A DNA stretch of 62,754 bases, counting the filler. It is 4 parts of 4 records of this genome, joined end to end, with 100 filler letters (N's around TTAATTAATTAA, not from the genome) between each part and the next. Parts side by side here need not be neighbours in the genome. Positions count along the whole stretch, not along the records: positions 29,554 to 50,570 come from SRR31156797_15629; 3 more parts are not named here. One strand, written 5' to 3'. Shown in pieces: positions 40,401-49,223 of this stretch. Both the position numbers and the translations under genes were made by a program. The notes under the pieces were generated by a model. The model ran no database searches. It worked only from the letters and a program-made list of their open reading frames with translations, and was not told the origin of the DNA. Numbering within the stretch: position 1 is the stretch's first letter; the number at the start of each line of letters is the position of its first letter.

Positions 40401-41438
40401 GGTAATGTTTCGCTAAGTGTAGAGTATTTGTCCACTCTGGATTCTGTAGAACTATTTGCCGATGATTCTTATGTAAAAACATTGTATAACGTAGAATCGG
40501 GAATTACCATAAGCGAAGTATCTGTTCAGTCAGTAATACCTCAAAAGTTCTATATAACAGCATATAAAACAGGGAAAGCTTTTGCCTCAAATCGTGTGAG
40601 CTTGGATATCGAAACCTCATATGCACCGCTCGAGAGTTATGTTAACGATTTTAGCTCCAAGATGGATGATTTTTATGGAGATGGTTTTACCATAAACAAA
40701 AGTTTTTTTGAAAATAGTGCCGTTCACACCGAACATCCATATCCATCAAATCAGGATTTAATTTACTATTTAAAATACCCGATTATTATTTCGGAAAACA
40801 GTAGTATGGCTTTTTTAGGATATTATGATATTGCCTTTTTAGAAACCGGTGAAGATGGTTCAGGTTATCCTAATGAGGATTTTTATGATTATGTGGTAAT
40901 TGAAGGTAGTACAGATGGCGTAAATTGGGTTGCTCTTAAAGATGGTTACGATTTTTCTTATGCTAAAAAATGGGCGAGTGATGGTAGGAGTTATGGCGAT
41001 GATCCAACAACAAAGGATTTTGTCAGTCATACAATTAATTTGTGGGATCACTTCCAGCCTAATGATACAGTGTTATTCCGATTTGTATTACATTCTGATC
41101 CATATGAAACAGGCTGGGGCTGGATTCTGGATAACTTCCATATTCAAAGTTATGATATTAGCATCAGGGAAAATAATACCTTTGAACGTTCTCTAAAAAT
41201 TTATCCAAATCCGGTAAGTAATGGAGTATGTTATATTGAGCTAAGCAATGAGTTTCAGGGCGATGTAGAAATAAGTATTACTGATGTGGCAGGTCGATTG
41301 TATGTAAAACAAAGCTTTTTGAAAAACGCGGATGATTTTAAGCAAATGTTAAATTTAAATAATTTACCCAAGGGTACTTATATAATCCATATCAATTTAC
41401 AAGGAGCTGAAACAGGTGAAAAGCTGATAGTTATATAA
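37473..41438 (+). CDS. T9SS type A cargo with BNR/Asp-box (VPS10-like) beta-propellers
   Basis: GPGNVGGRTR, repeated S/TxDxGxTW Asp-boxes, HADHH, GG.QDNGT, GDGF, C-terminal IYPNP...GTYII. Confidence 0.85.
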   Translation: MKKASIVFLTTLCVLIAGLWIFKPQTLSPKKQLAFSSEKMLEEYKQKKIKRRLNGYAKPDQPDKFQVYKQRLKDNGGLSNYQNNYKEIALKSALKNKATLKSTQSQDWKWRGPGNVGGRTRSIIVDPDDNTRQTWFAGSVSGGIWKTTNGGNSWDLISPEITNMSTVCLAMAPSNSSVIYAGTGEGYYNIASVQGNGIYKSTDKGQTWEQLNSTTDNSDFYYVNSIVISSADENLLWAATNKGVFKSTDGGTTWNITGLERGLYQRILIHPENDQILWAARNNKGIYKTGDGGENWILVYDLEGVERIEITVSANDPDVLYALDESSLVYYSLDGGTEWNKAVENGTATEFLGGQGWYNNTIAVDPTDSKKGFIGGIDFYSFELGSELTTNKRKAFAINNEAASTIVFNFFEGNYAEGGIQLYDNFNMVGEEIQLKFGASNQQKAHLLTHLLDNTNFTGSISLDIQSLDVDSYVDVPFTAYNTTTGEQLEVSFIDYNGNGKFDLYEGAYEVILIHQLVYNEAGMNNSVIFNDGDFAVMAALNPALADGAVWDESNLPELNFSYNCYNIYDRVLTANKLTNWTVSKTNSNYSHADHHTINIIEDVGAPFSIVMGNDGGVFYSSNGGASWEERTTGYITSQFYGISRHPSKYIYWGGMQDNGTQLSSEDPEALSEWQDIIGGDGFDVVWHPRNPQKMLGSVYYNQLFITDDGGDSWRDVTDFLGDSGDEEKAPFLTKVASCVADPDLLFTGSQSGVWKSDNFGVSWTKTSMGNSWGYTDYSLPKISISEADPDVVWAGVRLNESGFGNQGKIHVSTDGGNTFTALNTGLTMGVLSNLVADPTDRETAYLLFSFADYPKVLRTTDMGQNWEDITGFGINGSADSDNGFPDVAVNTLLVMPFNPNEIWLGTEIGLFISVDNGLTWNISDNIPAVSVWDLKIAGDEVLIGTHGLGIWTVSRDELSMEIKNPYIQNVGLNPKGNVSLSVEYLSTLDSVELFADDSYVKTLYNVESGITISEVSVQSVIPQKFYITAYKTGKAFASNRVSLDIETSYAPLESYVNDFSSKMDDFYGDGFTINKSFFENSAVHTEHPYPSNQDLIYYLKYPIIISENSSMAFLGYYDIAFLETGEDGSGYPNEDFYDYVVIEGSTDGVNWVALKDGYDFSYAKKWASDGRSYGDDPTTKDFVSHTINLWDHFQPNDTVLFRFVLHSDPYETGWGWILDNFHIQSYDISIRENNTFERSLKIYPNPVSNGVCYIELSNEFQGDVEISITDVAGRLYVKQSFLKNADDFKQMLNLNNLPKGTYIIHINLQGAETGEKLIVI

Positions 41439-41458
41439 AATAATTCATACTTAAAGAG

Positions 41459-41489
41459 AAAAGGATACTGAATTCAGTATCCTTTTTTT
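41459..41489 (+). terminator. Intrinsic terminator
   Basis: Perfect palindrome AAAAGGATACTGAATTCAGTATCCTTTT followed by a T-run. Confidence 0.8.
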
Positions 41490-41642
41490 CTGTTTAAGGT
41501 TGAACAAAACTTTTTAAGCTTATAATTTTGTGCTAATTTAGAATATCGCTTCAGTATTTTTTATAAATACTGAATTTCAGTTGTTTAATATGTTTTTTAT
41601 TTAGAATGAATTAAAATAAAATAATAAAAGAGTTTAAAATCT

Positions 41643-41673
41643 TTTGTTGTCGTTTATGAATGAATTATATTTG
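41643..41673 (+). promoter_or_regulatory. Consensus Bacteroidota housekeeping promoter of the ECF sigma gene
   Basis: TTTG-N19-TATATTTG, an exact consensus match. Confidence 0.7.
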
Positions 41674-41731
41674 TTAAACAATTGAAAGAATAAGACAAAA
41701 GCAAATAACAAACGAGCCAATTTATATAGTC

Positions 41732-42229
41732 ATGGATGCAAAACAATTCAACGAAAGCCTACTTGGCTTGCAGGATAAATTAAAATATTTTGCGCTTAGT
41801 TTAACCGCAAACGAAGAAGATGCAAATGATTTGTTGCAAGAAACAACATTAAAAGCATTAACATATAGAAAGCAATTTGTATCTAATACAAATTTTAAGG
41901 CCTGGGTATTCACGATTATGAAAAACACTTTTATAAATAACTATAGAAGAGTTCAGAAAACGAGAAATACATTTGAGTCGGCAGAGGATGCATACAGAGT
42001 AGCTTTTAAAGGAAATTATGCTTCTGAAACTCCGGAAATGGTTCAATCGGTGAATGAAATGAACCAAAGCATTGAAAAATTAGAGGATGAATTTAAAATT
42101 CCTTTTACAATGCACACCTCTGGATATAAGTATAAAGAAATTGCTGAAGAATTGGATTTGCCAATTGGAACAGTGAAGAGTAGAATATTCTTTACGCGTA
42201 AAAAACTACAAAGTATGCTCGAAGGTTAG
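41732..42229 (+). CDS. ECF-type RNA polymerase sigma factor
   Basis: DA.DL.QET, NFKAWVFTIMKN.FIN, GYKYKEIAE.LDLPIGTVKSRI. Confidence 0.93.
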   Translation: MDAKQFNESLLGLQDKLKYFALSLTANEEDANDLLQETTLKALTYRKQFVSNTNFKAWVFTIMKNTFINNYRRVQKTRNTFESAEDAYRVAFKGNYASETPEMVQSVNEMNQSIEKLEDEFKIPFTMHTSGYKYKEIAEELDLPIGTVKSRIFFTRKKLQSMLEG

Positions 42230-42261
42230 AGGTAATATTGACATAGTTACATATTTTTGTC

Positions 42262-42300
42262 ATGCAAGATAAACGCAATAATGTTTATCTTGCATTTTTT
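42262..42300 (+). terminator. Intrinsic terminator
   Basis: ATGCAAGATAAAC-8nt-GTTTATCTTGCAT followed by a T-run. Confidence 0.78.
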
Positions 42301-42350
42301 GTTTTATAGGGTTAGAGTAACCTGTTTTAGGAAAGATATATATTTAAGAA

Positions 42351-42812
42351 ATGAGTAAAGAATCGTCAAAACTGGCAAAGTATAAGAGAATTTATAAGCA
42401 GATTGAAGAGTTAACAACACCGGTGAATAATCCATATTCCAGAATGGCTACTGTAACAGCGATTCTACATCATAAAATGAAAGGATATTTTTGGACCGGG
42501 TTTTATATATTAGATAATGGAGAGTTATTAGTTGGGCCATACCAGGGGCCTTTGGCTTGTTTACGATTGAAAAAAGATACAGGTGTTTGTTGGGCTGGTG
42601 TCAATAGTAAAGAAACAGTTATTGTGGATGATGTGGAAAGTTTTCCGGGACATATAGCTTGTAGTTCATTGTCTAAATCTGAAATTGTAGTTCCGTTAAA
42701 AAAAGATGGCGAGGTAATAGGTGTTTTGGATGTGGATAGCAGAGATTTATCTCAGTTCGATGAGGATGACCAAAAAGGACTGGAACTTATTCTGGAGTTG
42801 ATTTATAAATAG
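42351..42812 (+). CDS. msrC: GAF-domain free methionine-R-sulfoxide reductase
   Basis: WTGFY, GPYQGPLAC, GVC, FPGHIAC...SKSEIVVP, GVLDVDS. Confidence 0.85.
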   Translation: MSKESSKLAKYKRIYKQIEELTTPVNNPYSRMATVTAILHHKMKGYFWTGFYILDNGELLVGPYQGPLACLRLKKDTGVCWAGVNSKETVIVDDVESFPGHIACSSLSKSEIVVPLKKDGEVIGVLDVDSRDLSQFDEDDQKGLELILELIYK

Positions 42813-42896
42813 AAATGCTTACATTTAACCAGCACGATTGAAAATACCTGGCGAAATTAACGTCAATCCTGTTTTATATCTTAAAATATTAGAACA

Positions 42897-43250
42897 ATGG
42901 GTGTATTAAAAATAAACAATTTGCTGGTTAAGTGTAATGTGGGCTACGATCCGCATCAAACAAATTTTCAGCAAGATTTTATTATCAATATTGAAGTTGA
43001 ATACAATAGTTTTATTGAGGAAGAAAGTGATGCTCCTGAAGATGCGTTTGATGTTCAGCAGTTAATTAATGAAATTGTAGGAAGGGCAGAATCCGGACAT
43101 TTTAATCTTGTTGAAGCTTTTACAAGGATGGTAATGAATACCGTGATGGAGTTTCAAAGAATTGAAAGTGCCGAAGTGGAAGTGAAAAGAGTTCAAACTA
43201 TTCAATATGCTGCAGAGATGTCCTTTTCGCTCAGTGCTTCAAAAAAATAA
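42897..43250 (+). CDS. FolB/FolX-like T-fold protein with degenerate active site
   Basis: 117 aa with the FolB pattern (I.NL......G.......Q...I.I, SD, FNLVE, VEVK); conserved Glu and Tyr are replaced. Confidence 0.75.
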   Translation: MGVLKINNLLVKCNVGYDPHQTNFQQDFIINIEVEYNSFIEEESDAPEDAFDVQQLINEIVGRAESGHFNLVEAFTRMVMNTVMEFQRIESAEVEVKRVQTIQYAAEMSFSLSASKK

Positions 43251-43270
43251 CAGATACCAGAATCAATCCT

Positions 43271-45361
43271 ATGAGAAAATTATTTGCCTGTATATTGCTT
43301 GTTTTTATGGTAAACTTGCAAACAAAGGCAGAAGAGTCTATTATTAACCAACTTCACCGCCAACTAAAGAATGCATCATTACCCGAAAAAGTGGAGGTAT
43401 ACAATCAGCTTTCCACTTATTACATTACTTCCGATGCCGAAAAAGCCATTCGATATGCAAATCAGGCATTAAGGTTAGCCACATCTTTAAATGATCAGGT
43501 TGGAAAAGCCAAAGCCTATGGTAATTTAGGAATGGGCTACTATTTTTTAAGTGATTACGATAGCCTGTTATCTTATTATCAAAAATCCCTATCCACATAC
43601 GAGTCAATTGGCGACCAAAGTGGTGTAACAGCCTTGGCAACCAAATTCTACAGGTTAGATAAATTTGAAAAATCTCTGGATAATTATAAGCGGTCTTTAC
43701 TTATTTATTTGAGTAAAAATGATACAAAAAATATCATTACCACTTATTTAAACATGGGAAATGTATACAATAATTTAGGTGATAATGCTTTGGCTAAGGA
43801 GAGTTTTGGTAAAGCGCTAGATTACATTGGAGATGATAATAAAGCCTACGAAATTGAAAGAACTGCTTTGTGGGAAAGCATTGGAAACATTTGGTTTAGA
43901 GAGGAAAAGTTTGAAAAGGCACTGGAGTATTATAATCTTTTACATGATGAATATATAAGAAGAGGAGATAGTTTAAGTATTGCATCGGTACTCAATAGCA
44001 AGGCCGGTGTGTATTATCGTCAGAATGATTTGGATAAATCGCAGCTAACTTATCAGGAAGCTTTAAACCTGCAGATTAAGCAAGATGATCATTACGGAGC
44101 ATCCGTTTCGTTTTTAAACCTGGCACGTATTCATGGTAAAAAAGGCCACTTAACAAAGGCAATTTCAAGTCATCAAAAAAGTATTGCGTTGGCTAAAGTT
44201 ATAGGAAGCAGAGATGTTCTTCAGGATAATTATAAAATGCTTTCGTTGGTTTACAAACAAAAAGGCGATTATAAAAAAGCCTACGAATATCGGGTTTTAT
44301 ATTCCAATATTTCGGATGTACTGGCCAGTGAGCAAAATGCTAGTCAGTTTGTAAATACGTTGTTTGTAAACGATATGGAAAAGAAGAACAGGGAAAATGA
44401 AATGTTAGAAGCAAAAAATGAGAACTACCGCTTAAGGCTCGATAAAGAAAACTTATCAAAGTGGCGCTTGTCTTTTGGTTTTACCATCATTGTTATTCTG
44501 ATTCTGGTATTTATCATTTACTATCGTTATTATTTGAAGCGTGTTGAAAATAAAAATCTGGAATCGAAAGTGAAAGAGGCATTGCAGAAGCAGGATGAAC
44601 AGCAACAAATCATCGTACATCAGGCTAGCTTAACTTCCTTGGGAGAGTTGGCTGCTGGTATTGCACATGAGATTAATCAACCCATTCAGAATATTTCGCT
44701 TTCTGCAGAAGGAATTAAATATGAATTGATAGAAGAAGAACCTAATCAGCAGTTTGTAAAGCAATCGGTAGAGGAAATTTTTGAGGATATTGCACGGGTT
44801 AGGGAAATTGTGGATCATATTCGTGTTTTTTCGAGTGGTCAGAAGGAGAGCGTTTACGAGAGTTTCTCGGTTTCAGAATGTGTACAATCGGCAATTTCTA
44901 TTATTACCCGTCAATATCAAAACCACAATATTCATTTAAAGCTAGAACTGGATAATAAAGTGCCTGATATGTTGGGAAATCCGCATAAAGTGGAACAGGT
45001 GATACATAATCTTTTGTCGAATGCCAGGGATGCGGTAAATGAAAGAGAACTCAATTCAGAAGGCTTTAGCAAGGAAATAACCATTGAAACGGGTTCTGAA
45101 AACCAGGAGGTATTTATAAAAGTAATGGACAATGGAGTTGGCATTCCGCATGAGAAACAAACAGATATCTTTTTACCATTTGTAACCAGTAAGCAGCTTG
45201 GAAAAGGAACCGGATTAGGCTTGTCAATTTCGTATCGATTGGTTAAAGAAATGAATGGACGAATTGAAATTCAGAGCCGTGTAATGGATGGAACCATTAT
45301 GAAAGTAGTTTTTCCACAAGCTAAAAGAAAAATAAACCCGGAAACCAAACAAATAAATTAA
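43271..45361 (+). CDS. TPR-containing membrane sensor histidine kinase (NtrB-like core)
   Basis: Signal peptide, TPRs, one TM helix, LGELAAGIAHEINQP, NLLSNARDA, DNGVG, GTGLGL. Confidence 0.92.
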   Translation: MRKLFACILLVFMVNLQTKAEESIINQLHRQLKNASLPEKVEVYNQLSTYYITSDAEKAIRYANQALRLATSLNDQVGKAKAYGNLGMGYYFLSDYDSLLSYYQKSLSTYESIGDQSGVTALATKFYRLDKFEKSLDNYKRSLLIYLSKNDTKNIITTYLNMGNVYNNLGDNALAKESFGKALDYIGDDNKAYEIERTALWESIGNIWFREEKFEKALEYYNLLHDEYIRRGDSLSIASVLNSKAGVYYRQNDLDKSQLTYQEALNLQIKQDDHYGASVSFLNLARIHGKKGHLTKAISSHQKSIALAKVIGSRDVLQDNYKMLSLVYKQKGDYKKAYEYRVLYSNISDVLASEQNASQFVNTLFVNDMEKKNRENEMLEAKNENYRLRLDKENLSKWRLSFGFTIIVILILVFIIYYRYYLKRVENKNLESKVKEALQKQDEQQQIIVHQASLTSLGELAAGIAHEINQPIQNISLSAEGIKYELIEEEPNQQFVKQSVEEIFEDIARVREIVDHIRVFSSGQKESVYESFSVSECVQSAISIITRQYQNHNIHLKLELDNKVPDMLGNPHKVEQVIHNLLSNARDAVNERELNSEGFSKEITIETGSENQEVFIKVMDNGVGIPHEKQTDIFLPFVTSKQLGKGTGLGLSISYRLVKEMNGRIEIQSRVMDGTIMKVVFPQAKRKINPETKQIN

Positions 45362-45362
45362 C

Positions 45363-46745
45363 ATGGACAATCTTAAAATATTAATTCTGGATGATGAGGA
45401 GAGAATAACGGAGAAGTTAAAGTATCATCTGGAAAAAAGAAATTTTGAAGTTTATACGGCCAATATGCCCAACAAAGGTTTTGCATTGCTGGAAAAAGAA
45501 AAACCGGGTATTTTGATATTGGATGTCATGTTGCCGGGCATGAATGGTTTGGAAGTGCTGAAAAGGGTGAAGGAAGATTTTCCTTCTACGGAGGTGATTA
45601 TGATTAGTGGCTATGGCGATATGGATATGGTGATAGAAGCCATGCGAAAAGGTGCTTCGGACTTTATTCGTAAGCCATTTCAGGTCATGGATATTCAGGT
45701 GGCAGTGGAGCGAACCGGGAAGTTTGTAAAACTAAGCCGTCAGTTGGAAAAAGCCGAGAATATTGGTTCCTTGGTTTCAAAGGAGCTGGAAGGGATGATT
45801 GAAAAGGATTTTATTGGTGAAAGTGAAGCCATTAAAAAGGTGATTAAAATTGCCCTGAAAGCAGCCAAAGATAAAGACGTGAATGTATTGGTAACAGGTG
45901 AGAACGGAACCGGAAAGGAAATCATATCGCGTATCATTCATTATGGAAGTCCGAGAAATGAACAGGTTTTTGCTCCGGTAAATAGTTCGGCTATACCGGA
46001 CACTTTGCTCGAAAGTGAGTTTTTTGGTCATATGAAAGGTTCTTTTACCGATGCCAAAGAGGATAAAAAAGGATATTTTGAACTGGCCAATAACGGAACC
46101 TTATTTTTAGATGAAATTGCCGATATGCCTTTTTCATTGCAAGCGAAGTTGCTTAGAGCCATTGAGGAAAATAAGGTAAAGAGGATAGGGGGAAATAAAG
46201 AAATTCCGGTGGATGTTCGGATTATTTCGGCGACCAATAAAAATATTGAAAAGTTGATTGAGGAAGATAAATTTCGTATCGACCTATATCACCGAATCAA
46301 TACCATAGAAATTAGAATCCCTCCTTTACGCGAACGTCCTGAGGATATAAAGCCTTTATTGGAGCACTTTGTCACTTCGTTTGCCCGTAAAAAAAATATG
46401 CCGGCACCAGCTATCAGCGATACTTTAATTAAAAAACTGCAAGGCTATTATTTCCCAGGGAATGTGCGGGAGTTACGAAACATGGTAGAACGCGCCTTAA
46501 TTCTTCTAGAAGGAGATATTCTGCAACCCGACGATTTCCCGATTAAAGGAGATAACAAAAAGCAGGAAGTATCGTTTGCAACGCTGGATTTGGAAAAAAA
46601 TGAGCAGAATCTAGTTGTGGAAGCTCTTAAGCGTTGCGATATGAATCAAACCCAGGCTGCTGAATTATTGTGTATTTCGAGAGATGCCCTAAAGCGAAAA
46701 ATCAAAAAGTTCGGCATTGAAATCAATAAATTGATTGTGGATTAA
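45363..46745 (+). CDS. Sigma-54-dependent response regulator (REC-AAA+-Fis HTH)
   Basis: ILILDD, GENGTGKE, ESEFFGH.KGSFTDA, PGNVREL.N, NQTQAAELL.ISR..L; 1 nt after the kinase. Confidence 0.93.
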   Translation: MDNLKILILDDEERITEKLKYHLEKRNFEVYTANMPNKGFALLEKEKPGILILDVMLPGMNGLEVLKRVKEDFPSTEVIMISGYGDMDMVIEAMRKGASDFIRKPFQVMDIQVAVERTGKFVKLSRQLEKAENIGSLVSKELEGMIEKDFIGESEAIKKVIKIALKAAKDKDVNVLVTGENGTGKEIISRIIHYGSPRNEQVFAPVNSSAIPDTLLESEFFGHMKGSFTDAKEDKKGYFELANNGTLFLDEIADMPFSLQAKLLRAIEENKVKRIGGNKEIPVDVRIISATNKNIEKLIEEDKFRIDLYHRINTIEIRIPPLRERPEDIKPLLEHFVTSFARKKNMPAPAISDTLIKKLQGYYFPGNVRELRNMVERALILLEGDILQPDDFPIKGDNKKQEVSFATLDLEKNEQNLVVEALKRCDMNQTQAAELLCISRDALKRKIKKFGIEINKLIVD

Positions 46746-46797
46746 TTCTTTGATAGTTTTTATTGTACTTCGACCATGAAAAATTCATTCAGACTTT

Positions 46798-47361
46798 ATG
46801 AAACACCTAATTGTTTTTTTGATTTTCGCCTATATAGTAATACAATCATATAGTCAAAATACATCATTGAATCTTGAAAAAGAAAAGATTGGGTTTACCA
46901 ACAAGAATGATGATTATAAGCTAAATTCAAAACTTAAGGTAAATCAGGCATTGATAGAATATAGATGTTATCCAAAATTGAATACTTATGTTATTGATTC
47001 TTTGAATTCATTGACTGATATCGTTATTGATGCAAACAATGTGGACAGTTATTTAAAATCCGATAGTACCTGGATTCATTTAAAAGATAGTTATTCCTGG
47101 AATATTCAAAATGGACTTCCGAAAGTGCGTAATAAGTCAGTTATAAAATTACTTTCAAAAAAGGAAGATAAATGGACTACCGAAGAACGTAAACTCAAAC
47201 GATACCTGGCTTTCTATCATTCTGGCAATCCTCAATATGTTGACAATTATGTCTATTATCAGAATTTTAAAATAGAATCAAAAGTGTATCAGTTGGTCTA
47301 TGATTGTGTTTTAGCTGGTAATAATTTCGATTTCAAGTTGATGAGAATTAATGAATATTAA
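46798..47361 (+). CDS. Hypothetical secreted protein
   Basis: Signal peptide ending SYS-Q; no recognised domain. Confidence 0.65.
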   Translation: MKHLIVFLIFAYIVIQSYSQNTSLNLEKEKIGFTNKNDDYKLNSKLKVNQALIEYRCYPKLNTYVIDSLNSLTDIVIDANNVDSYLKSDSTWIHLKDSYSWNIQNGLPKVRNKSVIKLLSKKEDKWTTEERKLKRYLAFYHSGNPQYVDNYVYYQNFKIESKVYQLVYDCVLAGNNFDFKLMRINEY

Positions 47362-47390
47362 ATCACGTAAGGAAATAGCTTGTATAAAAT

Positions 47391-47413
47391 AGGGAATCTG
47401 TAAAGGATTCCCT
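47391..47413. terminator. Hairpin/terminator between convergent genes
   Basis: AGGGAATC-tgtaaag-GATTCCCT. Confidence 0.55.
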
Positions 47414-47434
47414 TATAAATAGTTTCGATAGGTT

Positions 47435-48331
47435 TTATTCCAAATGCTCTTTTACCAGCGGTTGTTTTACGTGCAACATACCTTCGTTTCCAAAGGCAGA
47501 ATAAATACTGAATGTAATTTTATCCAGTTTTTTATTGTAATCTTCAATATGTCCGCCCATACCCATATAATCTACAACAGTACGCATTGGCCTGTCTCCA
47601 TGTGGTAAATCAATTAGGTTACCAATTGCATCAGCCACCTTTTCTGGACGCTGTTCCGGATTGTTACTTAAGCTTTCTTCGTAACCTTCTAACATAGCCT
47701 GAGGCGCCTTCATAAATTTTCCATATGATCTATTTCGGCTTCTGTCACTTGGTTTTATTAGGTTTGTTATAAAAGTAGTTGGATAACCTCCAGGCTCAAC
47801 AATACATGATTCAATACCAAAACTGGAAAGCTCTGTTCTGTAATTCTCAGCTAATGCCTCCAAAGCCCATTTAGAAGCATTGTAAGCACCATAAAATGGC
47901 ATGGTAATTCTACCTAACAAGCTGGAAACAAATACCACCAACCCTTTTTGTTGTTTTCTTAAATAAGGCAGTACAGCACGTGTTACTCTTTGTGCACCAA
48001 ATAGATTGATATCAAAAATTTTTTGCATATCCTTGGCGGTAAAGTGCTCCATCATACCCAATGTTCCTACGCCTGCATTATTCACAACCACATCTAATCC
48101 CCCCATATATTCAATGGCTTCATTTATTCCATGTGTAACACTAGCATCATCGGTTACATTCATTTCAACAATATGAACACCTAATGCTCTTAAATCGCCG
48201 GCAACAATTTCGTTTTTTCCGGTAGCAGATCGCATAGTACCCACTACTTCATGTCCTCTTACCCTAAGGAATTTACATGTTAAAAAACCAAAGCCACCGC
48301 TCGCACCCGTTATAATTATTTTCTTATTCAT
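47435..48331 (-). CDS. Short-chain dehydrogenase/reductase
   Basis: ITGASGGFG, NNAG, VSS, YNASK, VEPG. Start set to ATG 48331. Confidence 0.92.
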   Translation of the reverse strand: MNKKIIITGASGGFGFLTCKFLRVRGHEVVGTMRSATGKNEIVAGDLRALGVHIVEMNVTDDASVTHGINEAIEYMGGLDVVVNNAGVGTLGMMEHFTAKDMQKIFDINLFGAQRVTRAVLPYLRKQQKGLVVFVSSLLGRITMPFYGAYNASKWALEALAENYRTELSSFGIESCIVEPGGYPTTFITNLIKPSDRSRNRSYGKFMKAPQAMLEGYEESLSNNPEQRPEKVADAIGNLIDLPHGDRPMRTVVDYMGMGGHIEDYNKKLDKITFSIYSAFGNEGMLHVKQPLVKEHLE

Positions 48332-48506
48332 GACTTTAAATTTTTGGTTTATCCATAAAGTTAAGGACAAAACAAGCTTTTGGCCAGTGATAAGAAGTGT
48401 AATTTAGGTAATGAAATGCAAGAATGTATAAAAGACTAACAAAAGCAGGGTTTTAATTGAGAAATAAACTCCTATTAAACTACTTATTATGGCATAACCT
48501 ATTGGA

Positions 48507-49223
48507 CTACATTAAAAAATGTTCATCAATATACTTTTGAAAGGATTCTTTGTAATGATCACTTACCGGTATACGAACCTCGTCGTCGAAAACAATACGC
48601 ATGCGTTCAATGGTGGTTATTTTATTTAGGTTTACGATATAGGAACGGTGCACGCGCATAAACTGCTTAGCGGGTAATTTATCCAAGAGTTTTTTAAAAC
48701 TAAGTAGTGTAAGTACTGGTTTTTGGTTGATTAAATGAATACGAACATACTCTCTCATACCTTCAATATAAATAATATTATTGAGCTCTATGCGGACGAT
48801 CTTATATTCGGATTTTATAAATAAGTAATTGTCGTTTCCATCTACCTGTTCTTTATCGACTGGCGGATTGAGGCGTTTTTTAGCTTTGTTTACAGCGGTA
48901 ATAAAATGATCGTAGCCGATAGGTTTGAGCAGGTAGTCGATAGCATCCACTTTAAAACCTTCTACAGCATATTCGCTGTAGGCTGTTGTAAAAATAATTC
49001 CCACATTTTGTTGTAACGACTTTACAAAGTCCATACCTGACAATTTGGGCATATTGATATCCACAAATAATAAATCAACATCCTTGTTATCTAATATTGC
49101 ATAGGCATCCTGTGCATTATTTAAGGCAGCCACCAGTTCCAAATCGGGAGTTCGATCAATATAAGCGGCAATTTGCTTTAAAGCCAGTGGTTCGTCATCA
49201 ATAGCTATACATTTAATTGTCAT
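48507..49223 (-). CDS. LytTR family response regulator
   Basis: IDDEPLA, DINMP, DYLLKP, F.RVHRSYIVN. Confidence 0.94.
   Translation of the reverse strand: MTIKCIAIDDEPLALKQIAAYIDRTPDLELVAALNNAQDAYAILDNKDVDLLFVDINMPKLSGMDFVKSLQQNVGIIFTTAYSEYAVEGFKVDAIDYLLKPIGYDHFITAVNKAKKRLNPPVDKEQVDGNDNYLFIKSEYKIVRIELNNIIYIEGMREYVRIHLINQKPVLTLLSFKKLLDKLPAKQFMRVHRSYIVNLNKITTIERMRIVFDDEVRIPVSDHYKESFQKYIDEHFLM

Noticed and set aside
48371..48506. LytTR direct-repeat box upstream of the SDR
   Set aside because: AAGAAGTGTA/AAGAATGTA-like words do not show the expected 21-22-nt spacing.
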